NCBI GenBank assembly: GCA_002269645.1
Contig: NIVC01003806.1
Location: 1-64,000 of the forward strand
Direction of reading: 5' to 3'
DNA from: Macrostomum lignano
Taxonomy: Eukaryota
DNA length: 64,000 bases
Within the stretch, counting starts at the first letter, position 1. Every line of letters begins with the position of its first letter. The position numbers and the translations under genes were made by a program. Positions 26,050 through 38,191 of the stretch are shown here, piece after piece. Below the pieces are notes generated by a model. It was not told the DNA's origin and ran no database searches. It saw nothing but the letters and a program-made list of their open reading frames with translations.

Positions 26050-26930
26050 AGATCCTTAGTTGCTAGGCCAGCCTCCCAGATCCTCAGTTGCTACGCCACT
26101 GCCAGCCTCCCAGATCCTCAGTTGCTACGCCACTGCCAGCCTCCCAGATCCTCAGTTGCTAAGCCACTGCCAGCCTCCCAGATCCTCAGTTGCTAAGCCA
26201 GTGCTAGCCTCCCAGATCCTTAGTTGCTAAGCCATTGCCAGCCTCCCAGATCCTCAGTGCTGGGCTAGCCTCTCAGAGTGTCAGTTGCTAGGCCAGCCTC
26301 CCAGATCCTCAGTTGCTAAGCTACTGCCAGCCTCCCAGATCCTCAGTTGCTAAGCCACCACCAGCCTCCCAGATCCTCAGTTGCTGGGCCAGCCTCCCAG
26401 ATCCTCAGTTGCTAGGCCAGCCTCCCAGATCCTCAGTTGCTAAGCTACTGCCAGCCTCCCAGATCCTCAGTTGCTAAGCCACCACCAGCCTCCCAGATCC
26501 TCAGTTGCTGGGCCAGCCTCCCAGATCCTCAGTTGCTAGGCCAGCCTCCCAGATCCTCAGTTGCTAAGCTACTGCCAGCCTCCCAGATCCTCAGTTGCTA
26601 AGCCACCACCAGCCTCCCAGATCCTCAGTTGCTGGGCCAGCCTCCCAGATCCTCAGTTGCTAGGCCAGCCTCCCAGATCCTCAGTTGCTAAGCTACTGCC
26701 AGCCTCCCAGATCCTCAGTTGCTAAGCCACCACCAGCCTCCCAGATCCTCAGTTGCTGGGCCAGCCTCCCAGATCCTCAGTTGCTAGGCCAGCCCCCCCA
26801 GATCCTCAGTTGCTGGGCCAGCCTCCCAGATCCTCAGTTGCTGGGCCAGCCTCCCAGATCCTCAGTTGCTGGGCCAGCCTCCCAGATCCTCAGTTGCTGT
26901 GCCAGCCTCTCAGATCCTCAGTTGCTGGGC
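26050..26930. repeat. 28/34-bp minisatellite (GCCAGCCTCCCAGATCCTCAGTTGCT core), family X site 2, with a 124-bp higher-order repeat
   Basis: Variant AAGCTACT occurs at 26318, 26442, 26566 and 26690. Confidence 0.95.
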
Positions 26931-27924
26931 GACTGCCATCATCCCAGATCCGTTAATTTATATTTTAGGCTAAAACTTTACTGCAGAGCTTTCAAATGAT
27001 CAGTCGTTTGCTTTTAAGATGTACATGCATATTGTGCTATATATCCTATAGTTTATATCTATCCAATTATGAATTGCTTTCGCAAAAAATTTTTGTTGAT
27101 GCCTCTGTTTATCCTTCCATAGCCAGATGCGAGACCGTAGCCTGTTGCGTCTCTTGCGTTGGTTCTGCCTTGTCTCTTTGGCGCCTCTGCGTCCATCCAG
27201 CTCTTCTTGGCAGGCGAGGGAGGGTTAGAGTGGCTCTCGGTTGAGCAGCTACTCCAAGGTGGGAATCGTTAATGCTATTTAGTTGCGAGTCTCTCTAAAC
27301 TGCTCAAGACACCCTTCAAAGTCCAGTCCCTGTGCAGTAAGTATGAACTGTTGCAGAACAATAGCAGCTGGCAAATAAATCTTTTTAATTGCCAGCCCGC
27401 TGTATAGCTCGCTTATTGGTGCTGCAGTGTTTATTTTGCTTATACTGCGACTGGATTCTGATTAGTGGGATTAGTTGGTTAGCGGTTCCCAAGGTCGTGC
27501 AAAAGGAGGCGATTAAGAATCCGCATTTCCGATCAATTCTGTCTCAGTGCAGTCGCACTGCTTGTTCTTAATTGTTCGGCAAGGAGCGCACATGTTTGTC
27601 GTAAGAGAGGAATCGGATTTTTCTATGGGTTTGTCTATGGGGAAACCTCACTAAGCACTGTGCGTTCTCTGGAGCTTACTGAATACAACTGGCGACACGA
27701 CAAATGTACGTTCCTTGGCGGGCTCCAACTCATTTTTAAGAAAATTAAAATTTTTAAATAGCGTCCTTATACTTTGGCTACACATTGTGTTAAATCGTGT
27801 GTATGACCGCTTAGTGTCTTTTATGTTCTCAGTAAATAGACTAGCAACCAGCGCCCCCCATTGGGGAGCCAACAAAGAATGGAATAAAAAAATTGAATAA
27901 ACTACATGTAGCTTCTGACCCCCC

Positions 27925-28260
27925 AGACTTGACATCGCAGCAATTCCCCCTGTCAGCTTTGACATCTCAGCATTCCCCCCATCAGCCTTGACATCTCAGC
28001 ATTCCCCCCATCAGCCTTGACATCTCAGCATTCCCCCCATCAGCCTTGACATCTCAGCATTCCCCCGTCAGCCTTGACATCTCAGCATTCCCCCCGTCAG
28101 CCTTGACATCTCAGCATTCCCCCCGTCAGCCTTGACATCTCAGCATTCCCCCCATCAGCCTTGACATCTCAGCATTCCCCCGTAAGCATGGACATCCCAG
28201 CGATTCCCCCATAAGCCTTGACATCGCAGCAATTCCCCCGTAAGCATGGACATCTCAGCG
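27925..28260. repeat. 29-bp minisatellite (CTTGACATCTCAGCATTCCCCCCATCAGC), family Y site 1
   Basis: Directly visible; reverse-complement relative at 42290. Confidence 0.93.
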
Positions 28261-28531
28261 GTCCCCAATGAATCTTTTATTTTCGACACGACGCTTCCTT
28301 CATTTTTGATTGAAAAAAAAGTGTTTTGCCATGCAGGTTGCGCGCAGTCCTCATGTATATATCTATATCTATTTTACATTCAATCGTGTACGAGCTGCCT
28401 GCAGCGTACGACAAGTGCTTATATAAGTCTTATAAAAGTGTATCATAAAGCACCCTGACATCTCTGACAGCATGCCTGGACTGTGGTCACTAAACCTCAA
28501 AATGCAACAATTTTGCAGACCGGGTTCCTCT

Positions 28532-29132
28532 ATGGCCCAAAGCGGCGGCGGAGGCGATATGGACTCTGTGACTGTCGCCCTATCTCAAGTTGAGCTGCAG
28601 CAGCCCGGCAGCATTGACTGGTCCAAGTTCACCCTGCGCCAGGCCGAACTGCTCCGCACAGTGGGCACCGGGACCTTCGGCCGGGTGCTGGTGATCAGGG
28701 AGCGCTCCACCGCCCAGCACTTTGCCCTGAAGATCCTTCTTATCGATGACGTTGTGCGGTTGAAACAGGAGGCCCACGTGAAGAACGAGAAGGCCATCCT
28801 GATGAACGTGAAGCATCCGTTCCTTGTGCGCCTCTACTGGACCAATCACGACGCGAAGTTCCTGTACATGATCATGGAGTACATCTGCGGCGGGGAGGTG
28901 TTCTCCTACCTGCGCGCTGCTGGCATCTTCGCCAACTCTGCCGCCCTGTTCTACGCTGCTGAGATTTTGTCGGCCATCGGCTACCTGCACAGCCTGTGCA
29001 TCATGTACCGCGACCTCAAGCCCGAGAACCTGCTGCTGGATGTCAATGGCCATTTGAAGATTACGGACTTCGGCTTTGCCAAAGTTGTGCGAGATCGGAC
29101 CTTCACCATGTGCGGCACTCCGGAGTATCTGG
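28532..29132 (+). CDS. PRKX: PRKX-type (PKA catalytic-like) kinase exon 1; start codon uncertain (28472, 28502 or 28532)
   Basis: LRTVGTGTFGRV, LKQEAHVKNEK, YRDLKPEN, TDFGFAK, CGTPEYL; donor CTGG|GTGGGT, phase 1. Confidence 0.88.
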
Positions 29133-29204
29133 GTGGGTTGTGACCAAATTTTGTGTGTCTTTGAATTGTTCTGCTGGATTCAATGGTAGATTAGGTATCT
29201 GATA

Positions 29205-29566
29205 CCGGGGGCCGTAGCCCAGCGGTAGCGCAGCTGCTCTGGTGTGCCAGCGGCCCAGGCTCGATTCCAAGTGCAGTCACATTAATTTGGGGCTGAATTG
29301 GAATCTCGGCTTGGCTCTGCTCGTGCAATTAACGGCCTTGAGAGCCAACCCCCCAAGGCGCAGTGAAGTGTACATGCCTATCGATAATATAAAGTTAGGG
29401 CCGCTGTACACTCCTGTGTGAGTGTGTGCCTGCGTACGTATCCGCGCGCTTGTATGCCTGCTCAGGGGAGTCGGCGGAATGGGCAGTAATGCCTCTCGCC
29501 GGTTGTGTGCCTATGTCGCTTGAAGTGCGCCAGGGTGCACCCAACCCCCCTGCCTCTAATAAAAAA
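29205..29566 (+). mobile_element. Full-length tRNA-derived SINE family A with A-tail and 12-bp TSD
   Basis: A-box-like TAGCCCAGCGGTAG, B-box-like GCTCGATTCC, 3' AATAAAAAA. AGGTATCTGATA occurs at 29193-29204 and 29566-29577. Confidence 0.85.
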
Positions 29567-29577
29567 GGTATCTGATA

Positions 29578-29745
29578 GATTCGATTAGGTGTCTGGTAGA
29601 TTCGATTAGGTTTCTGGTAGATTCGATTAGGTGTCTGGTAGATTCGATTAGGTGTCTGGCAGATTCGATTAGGTGTCTGGTAGATTCCATTAGGTTTCTG
29701 GTAGATTCGATTAGGTGTCTAGTAGATTTGATTAGGTATCTGGTG
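29578..29745. repeat. 21-bp minisatellite (TAGATTCGATTAGGTGTCTGG)
   Basis: Directly visible. Confidence 0.92.
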
Positions 29746-30194
29746 GACCTATGTACAAGCGCAGATTGAGTTTAGTGGAAAATGAAATTGCAGATTTGCC
29801 CACAGCCGGCGGGGTCAGTTTGGCCGCACGAATTCATGCCTCCGTTTCTGTTGTTATTTTTACATCTCGCTGTTTCTCTATTTGGCAGATTAAGCTTCTT
29901 GCTGTGTGCAGAGCCTGGCAGGGTTCCGAGGGGGGAATTGCTGGGGCGGAGGCTTCAAGTGGGGTGGCGGCTCACACTCGACAGGCGACCCCGTGGGCCG
30001 TAGTTGCTTTTTTATTGTTTTCAACTGCTCCGCGGCATCATTATGAGCGGAGGCTGAGAGCTGTGCTCACTGCCAAATTTGCACAATGCAGTCGCTAAGA
30101 CTGAGTAAACCTCTAAGTCTCTAGCAGATTGCGTCTGGGTGGCTTTGATTCCAGGCAGTTGCTTTTCACTGGGCGTTCTTTGCTGCATGCCCTG

Positions 30195-30201
30195 TCTATC
30201 C

Positions 30202-30268
<67 letters not shown>

Positions 30269-30269
30269 C

Positions 30270-30316
<47 letters not shown>

Positions 30317-30317
30317 C

Positions 30318-30387
<70 letters not shown>

Positions 30388-30409
30388 GTATCTATCCATC
30401 TATCTATCC

Positions 30410-30500
<91 letters not shown>

Positions 30501-30501
30501 C

Positions 30502-30555
<54 letters not shown>

Positions 30556-30577
30556 GTATCTATCCATCTATCTATCC

Positions 30578-30655
<78 letters not shown>

Positions 30656-30750
30656 GTATCTATCCATCTATCTATCCATCTATCTATCCATCTATCTATA
30701 TATCTATATATATATCTATTTCTATCTGTCTATCTGTCTATCTTTCTATC
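30195..30750. repeat. (TATC)n microsatellite abutting the kinase exon 2 acceptor
   Basis: Directly visible. Confidence 0.97.
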
Positions 30751-30766
30751 TACCTCCACCTTGCAG

Positions 30767-30968
30767 CACCTGAGATCATCCGTGGCCAAGGCTACAACAA
30801 GTCCGTGGACTTCTGGGCCCTCGGCATCCTCATCTACGAGATGCTTGTGGGCTCGCCGCCATTTTACGACGATAACCCGGCCAACATCTACCAGAAGATT
30901 CTGCCAGGAAAATTTGACTTCCCCAGAGAAAGCAACATCGACCCGCTGGCTAAGGATCTCATTCGAAG
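30767..30968 (+). CDS. PRKX: PRKX-type kinase exon 2
   Basis: Acceptor CCTTGCAG|CA completes YL-A-PEII; [24 protein letters not shown]; donor AG|GTGGGG, phase 2. Confidence 0.92.
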
Positions 30969-30972
30969 GTGG

Positions 30973-31275
30973 GGTGTTCGATTCGGTGCACGGCTACATT
31001 AATTTGGGGCCTGTGCGCATGAAAATTGGTCAGGGGTTGTCGTGAACTTCTTGCCCAGAGGGCCAAGGCACAGAGGGTGCACATGCCTGAGGATTAGAAA
31101 GTCAAAGAGCCGCTGTGCACCCTGTGTGAGCGTGTGTGTGAGTGCGTGCCTGATTACAGTGTTGGCCTGCTTGTCTGAGCCTGCTTGCTCAAGAGTCTGC
31201 GGAATGGGCAGAATCGCCTCAGCGCTGGTTGTGAGACGATGTCGCCGAAGGCTTGGAGCCGAGTTGCCTACAAGA
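30973..31275 (+). mobile_element. Diverged SINE family A-related copy occupying most of kinase intron 2
   Basis: Shares GTTCGATTC, ACATTAATTTGGGGC, GCCGCTGT.CAC.CTGTGTGAG, GCGGAATGGGCAG and ATGTCGC blocks with 29205-29566. Confidence 0.6.
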
Positions 31276-31314
31276 ACGCATTTATACATAAGATTATTGT
31301 ATCGCACGTGACAG

Positions 31315-31561
31315 GCTGCTGACCGTGGACCAGACAAAGCGGCTGGGCAACATGAAGAACGGCGTCGAGGACATCCGGTCGCACCGCTGGTTCAAGTCCA
31401 TCAACTGGCCAGATGTGGAGCTGCGCCAGTTGAAGCCGCCCATTGTGCCGCAGGTCTCTCACGCCGGCGACACCCGCTGCTACGACATGTACGACGAGCA
31501 GGACTGGAAGAAGGTCCCGGTGGCGTCTCCAGCCGGCCAGGAACATTTCAAAGATTTTTGA
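31315..31561 (+). CDS. PRKX: PRKX-type kinase exon 3 (AGC C-tail, stop)
   Basis: Acceptor GACAG|G completes R; LLTVDQTKRLGNMKNGVEDIRSHRWF, LKPPIVP; TGA at 31559-31561. Confidence 0.92.
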
Positions 31562-31634
31562 TGATTTCGGGCTGTGATTTGAAATATGCGTCGTTTTGAA
31601 AGCACCTCATAATTGATCGGCATTTTTAATTCAG

Positions 31635-31860
31635 AGTAGGAATTTCCAGTGTCAATGTACAGCGGTTTAAGGCGGGGAGTGAGGTGGATGTCCTGACAAG
31701 GGGTAGGAATTTCCAGTGTCAATGTACAGCGGGGCAGGGCGGGGAGTGAGGTGGATGTCCTGACAAGGGGTAGGAATTTCCTGTGTCAATGTTCAGCGGG
31801 GCAGGGCGGGGAGTGAGGTGAGCATCCTGATAAGGGGTAAGAACTTCTTGTTTCAATGTA
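31635..31860. repeat. 67-bp tandem repeat, about 3 copies
   Basis: GGGGAGTGAGGTG starts at 31674, 31741 and 31808. Confidence 0.9.
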
Positions 31861-33049
31861 CAACGAAGTGAGGTGGACAGTCAAGCTATAGATTTTTAAC
31901 TTAAATAAATCTGGAATCAAAGGTGTCGCTGTGAGTGCAAATTTAGCAGAAATATAATCGGGGTGCTTTCCAAACTTTGTAAGATTTCTGCAACAATAAA
32001 ATATTGATTTTCATGCCTAATTTCCTCATTCGAGACAATCTGGAGTTCTGTCAGAAGACAGGCATTCTCCAGATGTATTTGCCAGAGTTTTCTGCAACAA
32101 TTCAGTTGCAGACGTTGTTAATGTGTCAATGCACTGCCCGCTTCATCTCGTGTCAAGCTCAAACTGATATCTTAGCCTATTTTTGAATGAACAAAAACTT
32201 CTGACTTGCCAAAATTTGTTCTTCCAGCTCAACTGGCCGCATTAAGTCGGCAAATCCTGAGTGTGTGCGAACTTTTTTTACAATTTATTCTTGTAATTTT
32301 TTACACTGTACGACAGATAATTTTGTGAAGCGCCTCTATTAAAGTTTTTTTAGTTTTTTTTTAGTGACGAAGTTTGACAGTTTTTCTGTATTTTGTAATT
32401 TAACAGATTGAATATTGTTTAAAAATTGTCTCAGGCTAAAATTGTGTTTTCAATTGTCTTGTTGTACTACTGATGCGCTGTCAGTAGTATGTATTGGGAA
32501 ATTCGGAATATGCTAATGTGAGATTCACAATAAGGGCAGAGCTCGGCTCTTAAGTTTGACGCGTCGCGGGTAGCAACAGACGCGGCTGTGTGCTTCTCTC
32601 GCTCTTCCAACAAAGCACTTAGCTGACTAAAAAAATTCCAACTGAATTTGAATTGCATCTTCGCCAAGCTGACTGACTGCCATTGTTTTTCCCACATTAA
32701 CTTTCACCTGACTCGCTGATCCTCAAAGCGCGAGACCCAGCCATTATCCAAGCTTCTGTTACCGAACTCTCCTCACTCATGCATGTCAGTCCTTTGTCTC
32801 TCAATCCACTCTCAGGCCAAGCGGGTGCACAGGATGAAGCTGACACAGGAAACCGAGGCTCAATCATTTGGGTTGTTTAATGATTCTGTTGAATTGCAAA
32901 AATCCAATTGTTGTTTTAAATACATAACCGCCCTGTGCCTTTTGTATATAGCTGCCACCAGCTTAAAGTTTTTTCGTCACGAACTGTCTGCTTTCACCGA
33001 TTTTATTGCTCCAGAGTTGAATAATTGTTAGGTGTTATGCTGAATCAGG

Positions 33050-33361
33050 AATAATTAATAACAATATAATAATTGCTTACACCTGCCCTAACGAGCAGAT
33101 GTGCAACCGACAGCTCAGCCGCAGCTATTGCGCGGCGCATCTGAAGCCTGCGTACGGCTGTTCAGTCCAAGGACTGGGGGGTCGCCACACAAACCCTCAA
33201 TTACCCCAGCTAATGCTGGCACCCATTTTACAGCTGGGTGAACTGAGGCAATGCAGAGTTTAGTGTCTTGCTCAAGGACACAAATTGTTCCGAGTGGGTC
33301 GAGAATCGAACCCCCGACCTTCAAGTTGCGAGTCCGACGCTCTGACCACTAGGCTACAACC
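33050..33361 (-). mobile_element. tRNA-derived CORE-like SINE family B, copy 1
   Basis: The reverse strand has TAGCCTAGTGG (A box), GGTTCGATTC (B box), a MIR-CORE-like GTGTCCTTGAGCAAGACACT..CTCAGTTCACCCAGCTGTAAA block and an (ATT)n-like tail. A second copy lies at 52668. Confidence 0.88.
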
Positions 33362-33874
33362 TAGTGTCAGGCTCAGGAAGGAGGCAAAACCGCTGCACTT
33401 GTTCATTACACAAGAAGGCTGTCGGGGCGCCCACGCGATTGACATTTTTGACTGTTGCTCTCCGCCTTCGCCTTCGTCGGCCCCAACTCTTCCGTGTGTG
33501 TTGATTGCTGCTGTCGAAGCAAATGTGCTGCCTAGAGCGTTTGCTAAGAAGGAATGACTTCACCCAGGTGAAGTACTGGGCTTAAGTAAATTATTCAGCC
33601 CCAATCATGCCCGGTAAGCCTAAGGGTGCCCGTGGTTTTAGATGGGTTTATTCACAACCAGAATGCTCAAATGCGATGCGAAATTCTGAGCTGCTGCAGA
33701 GGGACTTGGCAGCCTGCACCAATCGATATGTAATCCTCTTGACTGCCCTCGGCTCTGCACTCTCCGCTCTCTGCTTTCTCTTTGATAGTTTTTGCTTCCT
33801 CTTGCCTGCTTCTCAATTCATGGGATTCAATCTCGTGGTCGCATATGAGATCTGGATTGAGTAGCAGAGCATCA

Positions 33875-35425
33875 CTTGAGGTTGCTTACTGACTGCCACT
33901 GAGGTTGCTTACCGACTGCCACTTACCGACTGTCACTGAGGTTGCTTACCGACTGTCACTGAGGTTGCTTACCGACTGTCAACTGAGGTTACTTACCGAC
34001 TGTCACTGAGGTTGCTTACCGACTGCCACTGAGGTTGCTTACCGACTGTCACTGAGGTTGCTTACCGACTGCCACTGAGGTTGCTTACCGACTGTCACCT
34101 GAGGTTGCTTACCGACTGTCACTGAGGTTGCTTACCGACTGTCACCTGAGGTTGCTTACCGACTGTCACCTGAGGTTGCTTACCGACTGTCACTGAGGTT
34201 GCTTACCAACTGTCACCTGAGGTTGCTTACCGACTGCCACTGAGGTTGCTTACCGACTGTCACTGAGGTTGCTTACCAACTGTCACCTGAGGTTGCTTAC
34301 CGACTGTCACTGAGGTTGCTTACCGACTGTCACTGAGGTTGCTTACCAACTGTCACCTGAGGTTGCTTACCGACTGCCACTGAGGTTGCTTACCGACTGT
34401 CACCTGAGGTTGCTTACCGACTGTCAACTGAGGTTGCTTACCGACTGTCACATTAGGTTGCTTACCGACTGTCACCTGAGGTTGCTTACCGACTGTCAAC
34501 TGAGGTTACTTACCGACTGTCAACTGAGGTTGCTTACCGACTGTCACCTGAGGTTGCTTACCGACTGTCACTGAGGTTGCTTACCGACTGTCACTGAGGT
34601 TGCTTACCGACTGTCAACTGAGGTTACTTACCGACTGTCAACTGAGGTTACTTACCGACTGTCAACTGAGGTTGCTTACCGACTGTCACCTGAGGTTGCT
34701 TACCGACTGTCACCTGAGGTTGCTTACCGACTGTCACTGAGGTTGCTTACCGACTGTCACTGAGGTTGCTTACCGACTGTCACCTGAGGTTGCTTACCGA
34801 CTGTCACCTGAGGTTGCTTACCGACTGTCAACTGAGGTTGCTTACCGACTGTCACTGAGGTTGCTTACCGACTGTCAACTGAGGTTACTTACCGACTGTC
34901 ACTGAGGTTGCTTACCGACTGCCACTGAGGTTGCTTACCGACTGTCACTGAGGTTGCTTACCGACTGTCACCTGAGGTTGCTTACCGACTGTCACCTGAG
35001 GTTGCTTACCGACTGTCACTGAGGTTGCTTACCGACTGTCACTGAGGTTGCTTACCGACTGTCAACTGAGGTTACTTACCGACTGTCACTGAGGTTGCTT
35101 ACCGACTGTCACTGAGGTTGCTTACCGACTGTCACCTGAGGTTGCTTACCGACTGCCACTGAGGTTGCTTACCGACTGTCACCTGAGGTTGCTTACCGAC
35201 TGCCACTGAGGTTGCTTACCGACTGTCACTGAGGTTGCTTACCGACTGTCACCTGAGGTTGCTTACCGACTGTCACTGAGGTTGCTTACCGACTGTCACC
35301 TGAGGTTGCTTACCGACTGTCACCTGAGGTTGCTTACCGACTGTCACCTGAGGTTGCTTACCGACTGTCACCTGAGGTTGCTTACCGACTGTCACCTGAG
35401 GTTGCTTACCGACTGCCACTGAGGT
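33875..35425. repeat. 23/24-bp minisatellite (CTGAGGTTGCTTACCGACTGTCA[C])
   Basis: Directly visible, roughly 65 units. Confidence 0.97.
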
Positions 35426-36744
35426 TGCATACTAGCTCTCAACCTATGGCTGATAGCTCGTATTTCTATGTTGTTTACAATATCCCTTTATTTTAGGATA
35501 GCCTCAAAGTTACACATTGTGCGTTGCACTTTGCGCTACTAGATGCAACCGGGAGAAGTCTTCTGCAATTGAAAAGCTGTCAAGAATTGGTACAAACAGA
35601 AACAGACTGATTTTTACCGAAAAAAGAAATAAGCGCGGCTTTACAAGACGAAAAAGTTGTTCCTGTTTTGCGGGCCCTAATTATCCCATCGGTGCGGTTC
35701 GGGCGTCAGCAATCAGGGGTCACAATCAATGACAGCCTAGCTGCCTGCCTCTGGACAGATGGGGAACAGAGGCGCCAATGGGGAGCTGATTTCGACGGCT
35801 TCTCTGCGCCACCGCGTAAAATTTCCAGCACTCGCTAAACGAGCGAAATTCTAAGCTTTGCAGCTGCGGCCAGAAGTCCCAAGCGAATTCTGGGAATCTA
35901 GGAAAACGGCAGACGCGCGCAAAGACCTTTAATGCTATTCCAATACGGATTGGAAGAGAGGCCATACAGATAGTCATTTTTAGCCCCACGAAGGACGTTC
36001 AGACTTGTTCAGTTAGTTGCAGTTTTTTATATGTCCTTGGCCACGAGGATGGCCAAGGAGCTTAAACCCGTCCAGTGGTTATTTTTAGAAAACCTTGGCA
36101 CAGATTTTCAGCTGAAGCCTGATCCGTTTTCTTGCGCTCCGCATGGAAAAGAAATGTTCGAATTTCCAGACGTCCGTTCGAGCTACTTCTAGAGGTCTCT
36201 GTAGTTTGATCGGGACTCAAACCTACGCGCTCCGTTGACAAGGCGAAACACGTTTTGCCTTTTATCAATTTGCATTGACCGGAAAGACGGGAGTTGCGTC
36301 GCGATCCTGTTTAATTTTCCGTCCGGAACTTGAAGCCAAATTTCGAAATTGCGTGATTGCTGCGTCTCTGGCAGCAACCCCCCCCCGGACCCCCCGGAGA
36401 CCCAAGCAGCAGACATAGGGTTTCACAGGATAATTACAGCGATACAGACTCCTCGACTTGGATGGGAGTTTGGTCTTTATTATGATATTGAGTCTGTTTT
36501 GACCTTCCTGTTCAACCTTCCCTGTCTCCGTCTGTCTGTCTAGACTACTTTTGGTTTTTGTTACAGACTGTCTCTCGTAGCTACGTCTCAATTTACTGGC
36601 GAAGATCAACTGTCTGAACTTTAGCTCGTGACGAGAGTACCTGACTTTTCAAAGCTTTCGACCTAATCAAATAACTGACTAGATCGAGCTATTGTGGCGC
36701 TATTGCGTAGATTTACTACTGTTGCACCAGCACGTCTGTGGGTG

Positions 36745-37635
36745 GGGGGAGACACATCGGTCTGGGAAGAGACACATCGGTTTAAGAAGAGACGCATCGG
36801 TTAGAGAAGAGACACATCGGTTTGAGAAGAGACACATCGGTTTGAGAAGAGACGCATCGGTTAGAGAAGAGACGCATCGGTTTGGGGAGAGACTCATCGG
36901 TCTAAGAAAAGACGCATCGGTTTGAGAAGAGACACATCGGTTTGAGAAGAGACAGATCGGTCTGGGAAGAGACACATCGGTTTGAGAAGAGACACATCGG
37001 TCTGGGAAGAGACACGTCGGTCTGGGGAGAGACACATCGGTCTGGGAAGAGACACATCGGTCTGGGGAGAGACACATCGGTCTGGAAAGAGACACATCGG
37101 TTTGAGAAGAGACACATCGGTTTGAGAAGAGACGTATCGGTTTGAGAAGAGACACATCGGTTTGAGAAGAGACGTATCGGTTTGAGAAGAGACACATCGG
37201 TCTAAGGAGAGACGCATCGGTCTGGGGAGAGACGCATCGGTCTGGGAAGAGACACATCGGTTTGAGAAGAGACACATCGGTCTGGGAAGAGACACGTCGG
37301 TCTGGGAAGAGACACATCGGTCTGGGAAGAGACACATCGGTCTGGGGAGAGACACATCGGTCTGGAAAGAGACACATCGGTTTGAGAAGAGACACATCGG
37401 TTTGAGAAGAGACGTATCGGTTTGAGAAGAGACACATCGGTCTAAGGAGAGACGCATCGGTCTGGGGAGAGACGCATCGGTCTAGGAAGAGACACATCGG
37501 TTTGAGAAGAGACACATCGGTCTGGGAAGAGACACGTCGGTCTGGGAAGAGACACATCGGTCTGGGAAGAGACACGTCGGTCTGGGGAGAGACACATCGG
37601 TCTGGAAAGAGACACATCGGTCTGGAGAGAGATGT
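36745..37635. repeat. 20-bp minisatellite (GAGACACATCGGTCTGGGAA)
   Basis: Directly visible; the variant block TCTAAGGAGA recurs at 37201 and 37441. Confidence 0.97.
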
Positions 37636-38191
37636 CGGACCGATTTGCATCGATTTTGAAGGCCTGACCCTCGTGTTCCTCTAAGGCCCAGCTCTTAGCC
37701 TGTATCAATTCACCTTTAAGCAACCAATATGAGCTGAGGGAAATTTAGCCTGCAGACGACGGGCCTTCATTAGACCTTTATTGATCCATTGTTCGGTGCG
37801 ATATACGACAACATTAAGAAGCATGAGTGGACATGCAAGAGGTGCAGCAGTACCCGTACAGTTTCTGGGGCGCTTCATGCACAAGCACGGCAGGTAACAC
37901 AATGCAAAGTATTTTCACTATTAGCAACGCAATTATTTATCGAAGATTATGAGTAACAAAAGCATTTTCTGCCAACGTCAGAAAATATTTGCATTCGATT
38001 TAGAAAAGGACACAGCACACTGTGCAAACTTGTGGTTTCTTGTTTCTGTCCACCAAAAAGAGATGATAAAATCTATCAATCTATCAACGTAGTATTCGCT
38101 AGATCCAGCTGTGTACATTAGCCTCCAGAGAAATCAATGACGTTGGTTAACCAGCATCCGGTATCTGCCACAATCTGATTATTTGCCTGTG

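Noticed and set aside
29205-29275. tRNA genes at the SINE heads (also 10798, 33290-33361, 52668)
   Set aside because: A and B boxes are present, but there is no complete acceptor stem, the anticodon-loop equivalent differs between copies, and SINE bodies and tails follow.
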